The position numbers and the translations under genes were made by a program. The notes under the pieces are model-generated. The model worked only from the letters and a program-made list of their open reading frames with translations, was not told where the DNA came from and ran no database searches. Of a stretch of 64,000 bases of DNA, positions 1-11,463 are shown piece by piece. This stretch comes from Longimicrobiales bacterium (GTDB lineage Bacteria > Gemmatimonadota > Gemmatimonadetes > Longimicrobiales > Gaopeijiaceae), in assembly GCA_965218295.1 (NCBI GenBank), contig CBDCKN010000015.1, positions 448,001 through 512,000 on the forward strand. Reading direction: 5' to 3'. How positions within the stretch are numbered: the stretch's first letter is position 1; the number at the start of each line of letters is the position of its first letter.

Positions 1-696
1 GATGGGGACATCATCACGGCCTTCGACGGGCAGGTGCTGACCGAGCCGCTGGCCGACGCCGAGATGGAGGACGAGCTCGATCGCGACGAATCCCTCCCGG
101 CTCAACGGGTCCTGGCGTTGGCGCGGGAGATCGAGCCGGGCCAAACCGTCGAGATCCGATACCTGAGAGACGGCGAGTCCCGGACGGTCGAGATCGAGGC
201 CGAGGAGTTCGATTTCCCACGGGTGAGGGCTTTCGGCCCCGAGGGTGGGAATTGGACCTTCGACATGGATGAAGGCTACATCGAGCTGCGGAACGAGGAG
301 CTGTCCGAGCTCATGGGGGATCTTTCCGGACGTTTCGGTGCTGGTCGCGGTTTCTCCATGTCGTACGGGTTCGGCGGTGACTGCCCAGGGTCCAGAGGCT
401 CCTGGGGGAGTGACACGCGAGGGTGTGCCGCGGGGGTCGAGTTCCGCGAGCTCAACCCGCGGCTGGGCGAGTACTTCGGCGCCGAGAGCGGCGTTCTGGT
501 CATCGACGTGGATGACGACTCGGCTCTGGGCCTCATGCCCGGCGGTGTCCACCTCGCGGTCGGAGACCGCGAGGTGGACACCATCGATCGTGTTCGCCGT
601 CTCATCAACTCGTACGAGGAAGACGAGCCCATTCGTATGACTATCATTCGGAAGGGCGCCGAAGAGGTCATCGAGGGCTCCTTGATCCCGTACTAG
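1..696 (+). CDS. PDZ-domain protein, 5'-partial
   Basis: Frame is open from the window edge (DGDIITAFDG). Second PDZ-like unit GVEFRELNPRLGEYFG..GVLVIDV..ALGL. Confidence 0.7.
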   Translation, partial: DGDIITAFDGQVLTEPLADAEMEDELDRDESLPAQRVLALAREIEPGQTVEIRYLRDGESRTVEIEAEEFDFPRVRAFGPEGGNWTFDMDEGYIELRNEELSELMGDLSGRFGAGRGFSMSYGFGGDCPGSRGSWGSDTRGCAAGVEFRELNPRLGEYFGAESGVLVIDVDDDSALGLMPGGVHLAVGDREVDTIDRVRRLINSYEEDEPIRMTIIRKGAEEVIEGSLIPY

Positions 697-956
697 AGGC
701 CCGTCTTTCTCGGTCCTACTCTCGAACCAAAATCGAGCCGTACTGGGGCTCGGCTACGACTCGTCGTCGTTCCTTGCCTGAACGCGTGCAAGCACGGGGC
801 ACCCACGCCGGAGGCGTGGGTCGCGCGGCCCATTGTACTTCTTCAACAACCCTCAAGGGTTTACACTCCCGACGCCCTCTGCCAAACTTCTCGTGCTGTT
901 GTCCCTGAGGCCTTTCGGGGCCTTGCGACCTCCTCGACAAGACGAAGCCACACTTC

Positions 957-2450
957 ATGTTCGACACCGTCCTCGTGGCCAATCGCGGCGAGATCGCCGT
1001 CCGGATCATCCGGGCCTGCCGGGAGATGGGTCTTCGTTCCGTGGCCATTTACTCGGAGGCGGACAGGCTCGCTCCACATGTGATGGCGGCCGACGAGGCC
1101 TATTCGGTAGGGCCGGCTCCGTCGGTGGACAGCTACCTGCGCGGGGATCGAATCGTGGAGGTAGCCCAGGATGTCGGGGCGGGGGCGGTCCATCCCGGCT
1201 ACGGATTCCTTGCCGAGCGGGCGTTCTTCGCATCTCAGGTGGAGGAGGCCGGCCTAGTCTTCATCGGTCCGCGTCCGGAGACCATCGCGGCCATGGGCGA
1301 CAAGACAGAGGCCCGTCGTAGGATGCAGGCCGCCGGCGTCCCCATCGTCCCGGGTGGGATCGACCCTGTGTCCGACGCCGACCAGGCAGCAAGCGTGGCC
1401 CAGGAGTTCGGATTCCCGCTGCTCCTCAAGGCCGCCGCCGGGGGGGGTGGAAAAGGGATGCGGATCGTGGACGCCCCGGAGTTCGTCCGTGACGCCCTGG
1501 AGGCGGCTTCGCGGGAGGCCCAGGCCGCCTTCGGGGACGGCTCCATCTACCTCGAGAAGTACCTCGCCCGCCCGCGCCACATCGAGATTCAGATCCTCGG
1601 GGACACATCGGGGCAGGTGATCCATCTGGGCGAGCGGGAATGCTCCATTCAACGACGTCACCAGAAGCTCATCGAGGAGGCGCCTTCGGCGCTTCTCACC
1701 CCCGACGAGCGGGCATCCATGGGCGAGGCTGCCGTGCAGGCGGCCGGATCCGTGGACTACCGGGGCGCCGGGACCGTCGAGTTCCTCTACAGCGAAGGGC
1801 AGTTCTACTTCCTTGAGATGAATACGCGACTGCAGGTGGAGCATCCGGTGACGGAGCTCGTGACGGGGATCGACCTCGTCCAGTGGCAGATCCGTATCGC
1901 ACGGGGGGAAGAGCTCGACTTCGGGCAGGACGACGTGTCGTCCGTCGGGCACGCCATCGAGTGCCGGATCACGAGCGAGGATCCCCAGCACGGCTTCCTT
2001 CCGTCCACGGGTCGTGTGGACCGGCTAGACGTGCCGGACGGCCCCGGTATCCGCTGGGACGGGGGCATCCGAGAAGGTTTCGAGGTCGGGCTCTACTACG
2101 ACCCGCTTCTGGCCAAGCTCATCGTTCACGCGAGCACCCGGGAGGAGGCCATCGACCGGATGGGCCGGGCTCTCGACGAGCTCGTGATCGCCGGCATCGA
2201 GACCAGTGCGTCGTTCCACCGCGCCGTCATGGACGAAGAGGACTTCAGGAGCGGCCGGCTGAGCACGCTGTATGTCGAGGAGCATCCGGAGCTGCTGGAG
2301 ACCAACCACGACGGTCTCCGGGTCTCGGCGGTGGCGGCTGCCGTGCTCGAGCACCAGGCTCGCCAGAACCGGGGGTTCTCCCGAATCGAGGGGCGGGATG
2401 GGGTGGGACTCTCACCGTGGCGAGCCTCCGGGTGGCCGTGGACGACTTGA
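957..2450 (+). CDS. accC: Acetyl/propionyl-CoA carboxylase, biotin carboxylase subunit
   Basis: ANRGEIAVR, HPGYGFLAE, GGGGKGMR, ERECSIQRRHQK and EMNTRLQVEHPVTE motifs. Confidence 0.95.
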   Translation: MFDTVLVANRGEIAVRIIRACREMGLRSVAIYSEADRLAPHVMAADEAYSVGPAPSVDSYLRGDRIVEVAQDVGAGAVHPGYGFLAERAFFASQVEEAGLVFIGPRPETIAAMGDKTEARRRMQAAGVPIVPGGIDPVSDADQAASVAQEFGFPLLLKAAAGGGGKGMRIVDAPEFVRDALEAASREAQAAFGDGSIYLEKYLARPRHIEIQILGDTSGQVIHLGERECSIQRRHQKLIEEAPSALLTPDERASMGEAAVQAAGSVDYRGAGTVEFLYSEGQFYFLEMNTRLQVEHPVTELVTGIDLVQWQIRIARGEELDFGQDDVSSVGHAIECRITSEDPQHGFLPSTGRVDRLDVPDGPGIRWDGGIREGFEVGLYYDPLLAKLIVHASTREEAIDRMGRALDELVIAGIETSASFHRAVMDEEDFRSGRLSTLYVEEHPELLETNHDGLRVSAVAAAVLEHQARQNRGFSRIEGRDGVGLSPWRASGWPWTT

Positions 2451-3790
2451 CGGCGGGCGTCGAGCCGGGCGCTGAGGACGGGCTCTACGTGGCCTCCGTG
2501 CATATCCGGGCCCTGGGCTCTGATGGAGCGGGGGTGGGGGATCTGCCCGATGGTCGGGTGGTCTTCGTGCCCCGCACGGCTCCGGGTGACGAGGTCAGCG
2601 TGCGGATCACACGCCAGAAGCGACGCTGGGCTCGGGGGCGTCTGGTGGACGTTCTGCGGGCCGCTCCGCACAGAGTAGAGCCGGCCTGCCCGTACTACGC
2701 CGAGTGCGGCGGCTGCACGCTGCAGCACATCCCCTACGAGGATCAGCTCGTCTGGAAGACCCGCTTCGTGCAGGACGCCTTGGAGCGAATCGGTGGGCTG
2801 GAGGTCACCGTCCCGCCCGTGGAGCCGAGCCCGGTTCCACGCGCCTATCGCTCTCGACTCACTTTCACCCTGCTCCGACTCCCCGGAGAGCGGGTGGTTG
2901 CGGGCTTCCACCACTTGACCAACCCAGGGCGCATCGTCGACGTGGAGGACGGATGTATCCTGCCGGATCCCACCATCGCCACCGCGTGGCGACAGCTACG
3001 GGCCACGTGGGGCGAGGCCGCCCGGAGGCTTCCTGCCGGGCGGCGACTACGCCTGACGCTGCGCACCGTGGATGAAGGGCTCATTCTCGTGGTGGAGGGA
3101 GGCAGGGGTCCGGGTCGCGCGGATCTTCTCATCAAGGAAGTCGAGGGCCTCGTGGCCGTCTGGAGCCTCGGCCCGAAGGGAACCCGGCGCCTCCTCGCCG
3201 GCCAGGCCGTGGTGCACGAGACGCGCCTGGGCGAGGTGATCCGCACAAGTCCTACGGCCTTCCTCCAGGTCAACGAGAACGCCGCAGATCACCTGCACCG
3301 GTGGGTCCTCGACGCGGCACGGGTAGGCGCAGAGACCAGCGTCGTGGATGCCTATTGCGGTGTGGGGGTCTACGGGCGGTTTATCGCCCGGGCTGGGGGG
3401 CGGGCCGTTGGGATCGAGCAGGACCCCCGCTCCGCCAAGACGGCCGGAAGGAACGCGCCCGATGGCTTCACGGTTCTCACCGGTAGCGTAGAAGAGCGTC
3501 TTTCGGAGGTGCTCCCGGCGGACGTGGTGATCCTCAATCCGCCGAGAGCGGGAGTGGGCGCCCGCGTGACGGACACGCTCCGCACCGACGGTCCGCCCCG
3601 CGTGATCTACGTGAGCTGCGACCCGGCGACGCTCGCCCGGGATCTGGCACGGCTCCGCCCCGCCTATGACGTCTCCGAGATCCGCGCGTTCGATCTCTTT
3701 CCCCAAACCTCCCACGTGGAGACCGCCGCCGTGCTGGAGCGTCGAGCGGTCCTCTCGACTGGCCGAGACACTTTGGTAGCGGGACACTAG
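2438..3790 (+). CDS. rlmD: TRAM-domain RNA m5U methyltransferase (RlmD/RumA family)
   Basis: CxxxxxCGGC Fe-S motif, FLQVN, DAYCGVG, NPPRAG, YVSCDPATLARD, DLFPQTSHVE. Real start is probably GTG 2438 or TTG 2447, overlapping the accC stop. Confidence 0.85.
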   Translation: MDDLTAGVEPGAEDGLYVASVHIRALGSDGAGVGDLPDGRVVFVPRTAPGDEVSVRITRQKRRWARGRLVDVLRAAPHRVEPACPYYAECGGCTLQHIPYEDQLVWKTRFVQDALERIGGLEVTVPPVEPSPVPRAYRSRLTFTLLRLPGERVVAGFHHLTNPGRIVDVEDGCILPDPTIATAWRQLRATWGEAARRLPAGRRLRLTLRTVDEGLILVVEGGRGPGRADLLIKEVEGLVAVWSLGPKGTRRLLAGQAVVHETRLGEVIRTSPTAFLQVNENAADHLHRWVLDAARVGAETSVVDAYCGVGVYGRFIARAGGRAVGIEQDPRSAKTAGRNAPDGFTVLTGSVEERLSEVLPADVVILNPPRAGVGARVTDTLRTDGPPRVIYVSCDPATLARDLARLRPAYDVSEIRAFDLFPQTSHVETAAVLERRAVLSTGRDTLVAGH

Positions 3791-3795
3791 GTTCC

Positions 3796-4326
3796 ATGCG
3801 GTACTACGTCAGCATCCGAGACGCGACATTCGAGGTCGAGATCGAAGAAGACGGAGTTCGCGTCGACGGGGAGCCCGTGGAGATCTCCGCTTTGCAAGTG
3901 GCGGGCACCGATGTGCACTCCTTCCTCATCGGCGGTGAGTCCCATCGCATCGTGGCCCGCTCCTCAGGGAAGGGGGAATGGGATCTCCACCTTCGGGGCC
4001 GTCACGAGCGGTTGGAGGTATTGGACGAGCGCACGAAGACCATGCGCGAGATGTCGGCCGCCCTAGCCGGTCCGGTCGGTCCGCAAGCTCTGCGGGCTCC
4101 CATGCCCGGCCTCGTGGTCAAAGTGGAGGTCGAAGAGGGTGAGCTGGTCGAGGCGGGCACTGGCCTGCTGATCGTGGAAGCCATGAAGATGGAGAACGAG
4201 CTCTCGGTGGAGGCTCGGGCCCGGGTCGGAGCCATCCACGTTGCCCCGGGGCAGGCCGTGGAGAAGGATCAGATCCTCATGGAGATGCTTCCGCCCGAGG
4301 CGGGAGACAGCGAGGAGACTCCGTGA
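3796..4326 (+). CDS. Biotin carboxyl carrier (biotinyl-domain) protein
   Basis: APMPG and EAMKMENE biotinylation motif. Confidence 0.92.
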   Translation: MRYYVSIRDATFEVEIEEDGVRVDGEPVEISALQVAGTDVHSFLIGGESHRIVARSSGKGEWDLHLRGRHERLEVLDERTKTMREMSAALAGPVGPQALRAPMPGLVVKVEVEEGELVEAGTGLLIVEAMKMENELSVEARARVGAIHVAPGQAVEKDQILMEMLPPEAGDSEETP

Positions 4327-5915
4327 ACAGGGACGCAGACAACGCCCGCTTCCACACGGACAGCGGGATCGAGGTGGACGCCCTGTACGAGGGTAAACGG
4401 GGCGAGGCCGATGGAGGGGCCGGGGGCGAGGCCTCTGAGATCGGACGGCCCGGGGAGTTTCCCTTCACGAGGGGCGTCCATCCCGAAATGTACCGTGGCC
4501 GCCTGTGGACCATGCGCCAGTACGCCGGGTTCGGCACAGCCCAGGAGACGAACCGCCGCTACCACTACCTCCTGGAGCAGGGGACCACGGGGCTATCGGT
4601 GGCGTTCGATTTGCCGACGCAGATGGGTTATGACTCGGACCACCGGATGGCGGAGGGCGAAGTCGGCCGTGTGGGAGTGGCCATAGACTCCATCGAGGAC
4701 ATGCGGATGCTCTTCGACGGCATCTCTCTGGACCAGGTGTCCACCTCCATGACCATCAACTCCACGGCGGCGATCCTCCTAGCCCTCTACATCGCCGTTG
4801 GCGACGAGCAGGGCGTCACTCGGAGCGCCCTGGCCGGGACCGTACAGAACGACGTGCTCAAGGAATACGTGGCACGGGGGACATACATCTACCCGGTGGA
4901 TCCCAGCCTGCGCCTGGTGTCGGACGTGATCGCGTTCTGCACGAAGGAAGTGCCGCGCTGGAATTCCATTTCCATCTCCGGCTACCACATCCGGGAGGCC
5001 GGCTCGACGGCCTCACAGGAGCTCGCCTTCACCCTGGCCAACGGCCTCGAGTACGTGGAGCGGGCGCTCGCGGCGGGCATTCCCCTGGAGGACTTCGCTC
5101 CCCGGCTCTCGTTCTTCTTCGCGGCCCACAACGACCTGCTGGAAGAGGTCGCCAAGTTCAGGGCGGCCCGCCGCCTGTGGGCTGGGCTAATGAGGGAGCA
5201 CCACGACGCCTCCGATGAGTCGTGCCGGCTCCGGTTCCACACGCAGACGGCCGGCTCCACCCTCACAGCCCAACAGCCGATGAACAACGTGGTTCGGGTG
5301 GCGATCCAAGCCCTGGCGGCGGTCCTGGGCGGGACCCAGTCGCTCCACACCAACGGCTTCGACGAGGCGCTGGCCCTTCCCACGGAAGAGGCGGCGAAGA
5401 TCGCCCTTCGCACCCAGCAGATCGTGGCGCACGAGTCGGGGGCCACGCGCACGGCAGATCCCCTGGGCGGGAGTCACTACGTGGAAGCCCTCACCGATCA
5501 GATCGAGGCTACGGCCCGGGGTTATATCGATCAGATCGCGGAGCTCGGCGGGGCGGCGAAGGCCGTGGGGTTCATGCAGAACGAGATCGACCGCTCCGCC
5601 TACGCCCATCAGATGGCGGTGGAGGCCCAGGAGCGGCTGGTGGTGGGTGTGAACGCCTACCACGAAGAGGCTCGGCCCCCGGAGATCGCCAACCCCGACT
5701 TCTCGGCTCTCGAGGCTGCGCAGAAGGCGCGACTCGCCGAGCTGAAGAGCAACCGCGATTCCGAACGTGCCTCACACGCCCGGGAGGGGATCCGATCCGC
5801 GGCCCGTGGGGGCGACAACCTGCTGCCTCCCATCATCGATGCGGTGAAGGCTTCTGTCACGTTGGGAGAGGTCAGCGACATCCTCCGGGAGGAGTGGGGC
5901 ACGCACGACCCCTAG
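4323..5915 (+). CDS. Methylmalonyl-CoA mutase, N-terminal (substrate-binding) subunit
   Basis: [60 protein letters not shown]. No B12-binding domain. Confidence 0.95.
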   Translation: MNRDADNARFHTDSGIEVDALYEGKRGEADGGAGGEASEIGRPGEFPFTRGVHPEMYRGRLWTMRQYAGFGTAQETNRRYHYLLEQGTTGLSVAFDLPTQMGYDSDHRMAEGEVGRVGVAIDSIEDMRMLFDGISLDQVSTSMTINSTAAILLALYIAVGDEQGVTRSALAGTVQNDVLKEYVARGTYIYPVDPSLRLVSDVIAFCTKEVPRWNSISISGYHIREAGSTASQELAFTLANGLEYVERALAAGIPLEDFAPRLSFFFAAHNDLLEEVAKFRAARRLWAGLMREHHDASDESCRLRFHTQTAGSTLTAQQPMNNVVRVAIQALAAVLGGTQSLHTNGFDEALALPTEEAAKIALRTQQIVAHESGATRTADPLGGSHYVEALTDQIEATARGYIDQIAELGGAAKAVGFMQNEIDRSAYAHQMAVEAQERLVVGVNAYHEEARPPEIANPDFSALEAAQKARLAELKSNRDSERASHAREGIRSAARGGDNLLPPIIDAVKASVTLGEVSDILREEWGTHDP

Positions 5916-5920
5916 GGCTA

Positions 5921-6013
5921 CGGCCGCCTCGACCTTGTTCTGGACAACGTGAGCCAGCGCCGCCTCGGCGACTTCATGTGGATCCTCGTTTCCTCGGCCG
6001 GCCCAGTTGCGGA
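5921..6013 (-). pseudogene. C-terminal scrap of a P4-type tyrosine integrase
   Basis: Minus strand reads HEVAEAALAHVVQNKVEAA, matching REVVEAALAHVVRNPVEAA in the integrase at 35979-37211. Confidence 0.7.
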
Positions 6014-6070
6014 TTCTTCAATCGGCCGCACCGGGGCGCGACGTCAGGTCACACCACGACATCTGCTTGT

Positions 6071-7121
6071 TCAGGACGTTACCACGTGATCTCCCTGAGT
6101 TCCGTGTGCTGGGCTGACTCCTCGCGTCTTGACTGAGGGAGCCAGACGTGCTGCCTGGACCCCGGCAAGCGGTCTGCGCGTGGATCGTGGGTCGACACCT
6201 GCCTTGAAGGCGAGCATCAGGCCCGCTGCTTCCCAATAGTTATCCACCTGCCAAAACTGGCCGCTACGCCACGGAAGATAGCCAAGGTCGTTGGCCATGA
6301 TAGTTCGGTTCTCTTTGACCGCGATTACCTTGATCCCCTGTTCTAAGGCTGCCAGCGTCGGCAATCCCAGGCATCCATCGGGCTGAACAAGGACTGAGAC
6401 TTGTTCAGCCGACAGGACCCCGGGATACGCCATCGCCTCTTTCGAGGTTATAAGCTGAGGGCTCTGATGAAGTCCCTTCAGTATGCAGTTCAGAAAGGTG
6501 AGAGAAACGGCTTCGGCAGCCATTCGCGGGTCAACTATTCCGACTTCGAGGCTCGCTATGTCCTGTGACTCAAACATAGGAGAATGGGCCGTCGGCAGAT
6601 CGTACAAGGATGTAATCGCGTGGGTGAACATTGCCTCAACCCCACCCCACGGATTGACCATTTCGCCACGCGATGGAGTGAGTACGCTCCCTCTACGTAC
6701 ATAGCGTTTGTGGGCAACTCGTTCAAGTCCGAAGCATTCACAACGTTTGGATGAAGAATGAGGGTATCACAAGCCTCCCCTAGGAGTCGTGCCACCGGGC
6801 AGGCGTCACCTGCATGACCACCCAGCTCCGCCCCCACCCCGGTGGGAACAATCATTACGGCGTTGAATGTGCTGGTGTCGTGCAGCACACGTGGTCGGAA
6901 GGAACATAGTTCCGATACTCGACCAGTTTCGGCCCCAATAGGACGCCGACTTCAAGCCAGTTCGCGCTGTCCTTCTTAGAAAAAGCCATGCGCACGGGTA
7001 TACCCGAACGTGAGTACCGACGGTCGAGCAGTTCCGAGATGCTCTCTAGCGGTCGACTCCTGTCGTAGCGATCAGAGATGTCGATGAATTCTTCGCGTAA
7101 TAACAAGGCGCAAGCGGACAC
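6071..7121 (-). pseudogene. DUF3326-family protein, frameshifted into three pieces
   Basis: IVPTGVGAELGGHAGDA..LILHPNVVNASD, GVNPWGGVEAM, DPRMAAE and NYWEAAG spread over ORFs 6855-7121, 6556-6888 and 6071-6661. Confidence 0.7.
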
Positions 7122-8460
7122 CCAGCAGAAGGGTAGCCAGGGCGGACATGGCCCACGTCAGCCAGCCGATGTCGCTCAACCTGTCGATGGTCCCGTAGAG
7201 CGCGGCCTCGTAGTGCGCGTCCCGCACCAGCTCGATGATCCCGGCGGTTCCGACGACGCCCGCCGCGTTGAGCTCCAGGTAGATGGCGTTGCCACCGAAA
7301 ACCCCGATCCACAGCAGCCCCAGGGCAGTCGGGACAACCAGCACGCCCAGCATGAATTCGCGCAGCGTGCGCCCGCGCGAGATGCGGGCGATGAACATGC
7401 CGACGAAGGGCGCCCAGGAGATCCACCATCCCCAGTAGAAGATGGTCCAGCGATTCTGCCAAACAGCTTGCCCCGGATCATCAGCGATCCAGAAACCCAT
7501 GGGCAGCGCATGCCATAGGTATTCGCCGATGGAGGTTGCAAGAAAGCCCACGAGCCACGTGCCGGGACCGAGGAAGAGAAAGGAGCCCAACAGGATAACG
7601 CTCAGGCCGATGTTCCATTCCGACAGGATGCGGATCCCGCGGCTCACGCCCGATACGGCCGACAGAGTGGCCGCGACCGAGATTGCCGCGATCAGCGCGA
7701 CCTGCGTGACGAGCCCCGGATCGACGCCGAGCAGGATGTCGAGTCCGGTGGCCATCTGGCTGGCCCCGAGCCCCAGCGTGGTCGCGATGCCGAAGACCGT
7801 GCCGAATACCGCCAGCAGGTCCACGATGTCGCCGATGGGGCCGTAGATTCGGTCGCCGATGAGCGGATACAGAGCAGAGCGCAACGTCAGCGGCAGCTTC
7901 TTGCGGAATCCGAAGTAGGCCAGGCACAGCCCGACCAGGGCGTAGACGGCCCAGCCGTGCATGCCCCAGTGGAAGTAAACCACGCGCATAGCGTGCACGG
8001 CACGCGCCTCGTCCAGCGACACGGCGCCGGCGAGGTCGGCCAGGGGGTTGTTCGGGTAACCCGCGCTCTGGCTGTTGTCGAAGTAGAAGATCGGTTCGGC
8101 GATGGAGAAGAAGAGCAACCCGATCCCCACACCTGCCGAAAACAGCATGGCGAACCAGGAGGACGTGCGGAACTCCGGCTCGGAAGCGTCGTCGCCAAGC
8201 CGGATCCTTCCGAACCGGCTGCACGGCAGGAACAAGCAGGCAAAGAGACAGGCGCAGACCACTGAGACATAATACCAGTCCAGCGTTCCCTCAATCCAAG
8301 AGCGGATGCGCTCGAACGCGGCGCCTGCAGCCTCCACGTCGCGGACGGCGAAGAGGACGAATGCCAGGACGAAGCTCTTGGCTGCCAGCGCCATCGTGGG
8401 ATTCAGCCCCTTCCACAACCCGTCCTTCGCCTTGGCCCGCCGTTGCCGCCCGTCGCTCAT
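7072..8460 (-). pseudogene. BCCT (betaine/choline/carnitine) transporter, C-terminally truncated
   Basis: SWFAMLFSAGVGIGLLF, FHWGMHGW, WTIFYWGWWISWAPFVGMFIARISRGRT. Homology stops before the usual TSADS helix and the frame runs into the DUF3326 DNA. RBS GAGGAG precedes ATG 8460. Confidence 0.85.
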
Positions 8461-8679
8461 GCTCCTCTGTCTCCGGTCTTCACGCCTGCCTCCTCCTTTG
8501 GCAACCCGCACCGAAACGGGCTAGCAACCGACGTCCCTACCTTCACTCACCCCCCGCACAACTTGCAACACGGATCCCATCCATGCCCGTCAGCAAACCA
8601 TCACGGCGACCGATCCGAACGGGCTGACCGCCACGCAGACCTGGGAAGCGGTCCCGTACGGTCTCGTAGACCAAGAGCC

Positions 8680-8870
8680 TGTAGTTGATGATCGACGACG
8701 GTGACTGCCTGCTCGGCGATGATCTCCAGTACCGGTGGGGTGCCGACAGCCACCGGAGCCCGGTTGGGCGGCTTGCTGGCGTCGTCGCCGCAGGCGACAA
8801 GCAACACGACGGCATGACCGCACACAGGCAGGAAAGCGCTGGTAGAGAAACAACTTGGTGCCGCATTGCG
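8680..8870 (-). pseudogene. N-terminal remnant of a lipoprotein/surface protein
   Basis: Lipobox-like LLVACGDD followed by NRAPVAVGT. Frame is broken. Confidence 0.3.
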
Positions 8871-9643
8871 AAACGTCTCCGGCGCGAATGGAAAGGGGAC
8901 GGTGGTCGGGACCCGTTCCAAAATGGAGGACTATAGGCCCAGGTCGAACGGTTCCCCGGACGTACCCGCCACGCTGTGAGTGGCCACCTCGTGGTTCTCC
9001 CGGCCCCGACACGGCACTGGAACAGTCCGTGTAGACCATCGCGCCGTCTGCGGGCGTGGTCGTCCCGAAGGCGCTCATGGCCTGGCCACCCCTGCTCGAT
9101 GCCCCGCGCCTCCGCCTGCTTGGTCTCCCCACCTTCGCTCCGACCGCCGTCGTCTTCCGCATCGGCCCCGGCCAGGCCGGGAGCTTCTTGCTCTCGTGGT
9201 TGTTCCGGCCAAGTCCGCCACTTTAGGTCTCGTCCGCTTCCACCGGGCCGTCGAGCCAGCGCAGGCTGTCGAGGGAACTGACCGGGCTTACCCGGGGAAT
9301 ATGCGCGGAGCAAACGCCTGCGGTCGGGAAGAAGACGCGGGCGATGCTCGAACAAGTGGCGTTGCTGCCCGGTTGGGCCGCGCGGGCCCCAACCGGGTCG
9401 GTTAGGCAAGGGCGGCACGGTTCCGAGCATCACCGGCCCCACGGGGCCGCCGGGATCGGCGCGCGGGAGCGGACCATATATTCATGTCTAGTTACACTCC
9501 ATGGTACCCCAATAACATGTGATATATAACGAGTTAGGAGATTCCCTTCCTCCAGGACGGCCTCTCCCGCTCCTTGACAGCCATGATAATTATGGGGCAA
9601 TATTCAGGGGCAGGTTATCGTAACCCTCAACCGGTGCCCCAAC

Positions 9644-10927
9644 ATGCCGCTGACCGATATTGCCATTCGGAAGGCCAAGCCCCGCGACAAGCCGCGCAAA
9701 CTCTACGACAGCCGCGGCCTGTACCTCGAGATCGCCCCGCGAGGCACCAAGGCCTGGCGCTTCAAGTACCGCTTCGCCGAAAAGGAGAAGCGGATCTCGA
9801 TGGGGATCTATCCCGAGGTGTCGCTGAAGCTCGCCCGGCAGCGGAGGGACGAGGCCCGCAAGCTTCTGGCCCGGGACATCGACCCGAGCGCCTACCGCAA
9901 GGCACAGAAGCGGTCGAAGCGGCAGTGGGCCGGGAACAGCTTCGAGGCCGTGGCCGCGGAATGGCTCGCGAAGCATGCACCCAACTGGTCCACGGATCAC
10001 GCTCGGCGGCTGGACCGTAAGCTTGCGCAGAACGTCTTCCCCTACATCGGTGCGAAGCCGGTTGGGGAAGTCACGGCGCCGGAACTCCTGGCCGCGGTGC
10101 GCCGCGTCGAGGAACGCGGCCACCTGCGGATGGCGCACGGCATCCTTCAAACCTGCGGGCGGGTGCTGCGCTACGCGGTAGCGACGGGACGGGCCGAGCG
10201 GGACGTGTCGTGGGACCTGCGCGGGGCGCTGCCGCCCGCCAGGGGCAAGCACTTCGCGGCGATCACCGATCCGAAGGAGGTCGGCCCCTTGCTCCGGCTC
10301 CTGGACGGCTATTCGGGAACGCTTCCGGTACGCTGCGCCCTGCGTCTGGCGCCGCTGGTGTTCGTGCGCCCCGGAGAGCTGCGCAAGGCCGAGTGGTCCG
10401 GCATCGACCTGGAGGGAGCGGAGTGGCGCTACACGGCGACGAAGACCGGCACGCCGCACGTGGTGCCCCTGGCGCATCAGGCGGTCGCGATTCTGCGGGA
10501 GGTTCACACCCTGACCGGATACGGCCGGTACGTCTTCCCGAACGCCCGCTATCCGCACCGGGAGCGGCCGATGAGCGACACCACCCTGTGGGGGGCGTTC
10601 CGGGCGTTGGACATCCCGAAGGACCGGATGACGATGCACGGGTTCCGCGCGATGGCGCGAACGATTCTCGACGAGGTGCTCGGCTTCCGGCCCGACTTCA
10701 TCGAGCACCAGCTGGCCCACGCGGTGAGGGATCCCAACGGCCGGGCCTACAACCGGACGGCGTTCCTGCCCGAGCGCAGAGTGATGATGCAAGACTGGGC
10801 CGACTATCTGGACCGGCTTCGGGCTGGGGAGGCCGAGCCGGGAACTTGCAACACCGGGGCGTTCCCACAACCCAACGTCACCGGGATGCGGAACGCCAAC
10901 TCAAGGCTCGCCGTTCCCGGTAGCTGA
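9644..10927 (+). CDS. P4-like tyrosine integrase with arm-binding domain
   Basis: MPLTDIAIRKAKP, GLYLEI, RPGELR, HGFRAMAR, QLAH, AYNR. Confidence 0.93.
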   Translation: MPLTDIAIRKAKPRDKPRKLYDSRGLYLEIAPRGTKAWRFKYRFAEKEKRISMGIYPEVSLKLARQRRDEARKLLARDIDPSAYRKAQKRSKRQWAGNSFEAVAAEWLAKHAPNWSTDHARRLDRKLAQNVFPYIGAKPVGEVTAPELLAAVRRVEERGHLRMAHGILQTCGRVLRYAVATGRAERDVSWDLRGALPPARGKHFAAITDPKEVGPLLRLLDGYSGTLPVRCALRLAPLVFVRPGELRKAEWSGIDLEGAEWRYTATKTGTPHVVPLAHQAVAILREVHTLTGYGRYVFPNARYPHRERPMSDTTLWGAFRALDIPKDRMTMHGFRAMARTILDEVLGFRPDFIEHQLAHAVRDPNGRAYNRTAFLPERRVMMQDWADYLDRLRAGEAEPGTCNTGAFPQPNVTGMRNANSRLAVPGS

Positions 10928-11323
10928 AGCCGCGCCCCCGAGCGCGGTCCGTGTGTGACCGTGCAGACACACCGGCTGGCCAGCCGGAGCGCTGGAGAGT
11001 GCGTGCCGGAGTCCAAGCCTTGCAGGAGTACGCGGTCGCTGCCGTAGCCGATCGCGACCGAGGCCGGGCCCGCTGATTCCAGCGGTCCTCCGGGGGCGGC
11101 TCAAGAGTCTGCTGGCGGAGCCTGGCGGGGCTCTGATACGTCGCGGGACCTCTTGGGATATCCTCCCGCTTTCCACGGTTGACAGGGCAAAAAGCGGCCT
11201 CTTCAATGTAGGGTATGGAGACTTTGACGGCGCAGTTTTCCAGGCGTCGGGCGACGAGTTTGCTCGGCGCACCGGAGGCACGGGAGCCGGTTTGTTCGGC
11301 GCACGGGAGGCCTGTAAGGCCCG

Positions 11324-11354
11324 TAAGCCAGCATACCCAATGTTAAACATTGGG
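11324..11354 (-). other. oriT (ColE1-type nic site plus inverted repeat)
   Basis: Minus strand GTATGCTGGCTTA resembles ColE1 nic GTATACTGG^CTTA. It abuts the perfect 9-bp IR CCCAATGTT-A-AACATTGGG, upstream of mobC. Confidence 0.75.
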
Positions 11355-11463
11355 GCTGGCGAGGGGGCGCTCCGCCCCCCCCTTCGATCTCCCCGGCGGC
11401 CCGCGCTCCGGCGGAGTGCGCGGACGGGGGGCGAGCCCCCCGAACCCCCCTGCCGGTGCGCTG

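Noticed and set aside
1883..2437. N-terminal extension of the RlmD-like ORF (635 aa)
   Set aside because: Off-frame overlap with accC. Homology starts near 2438.
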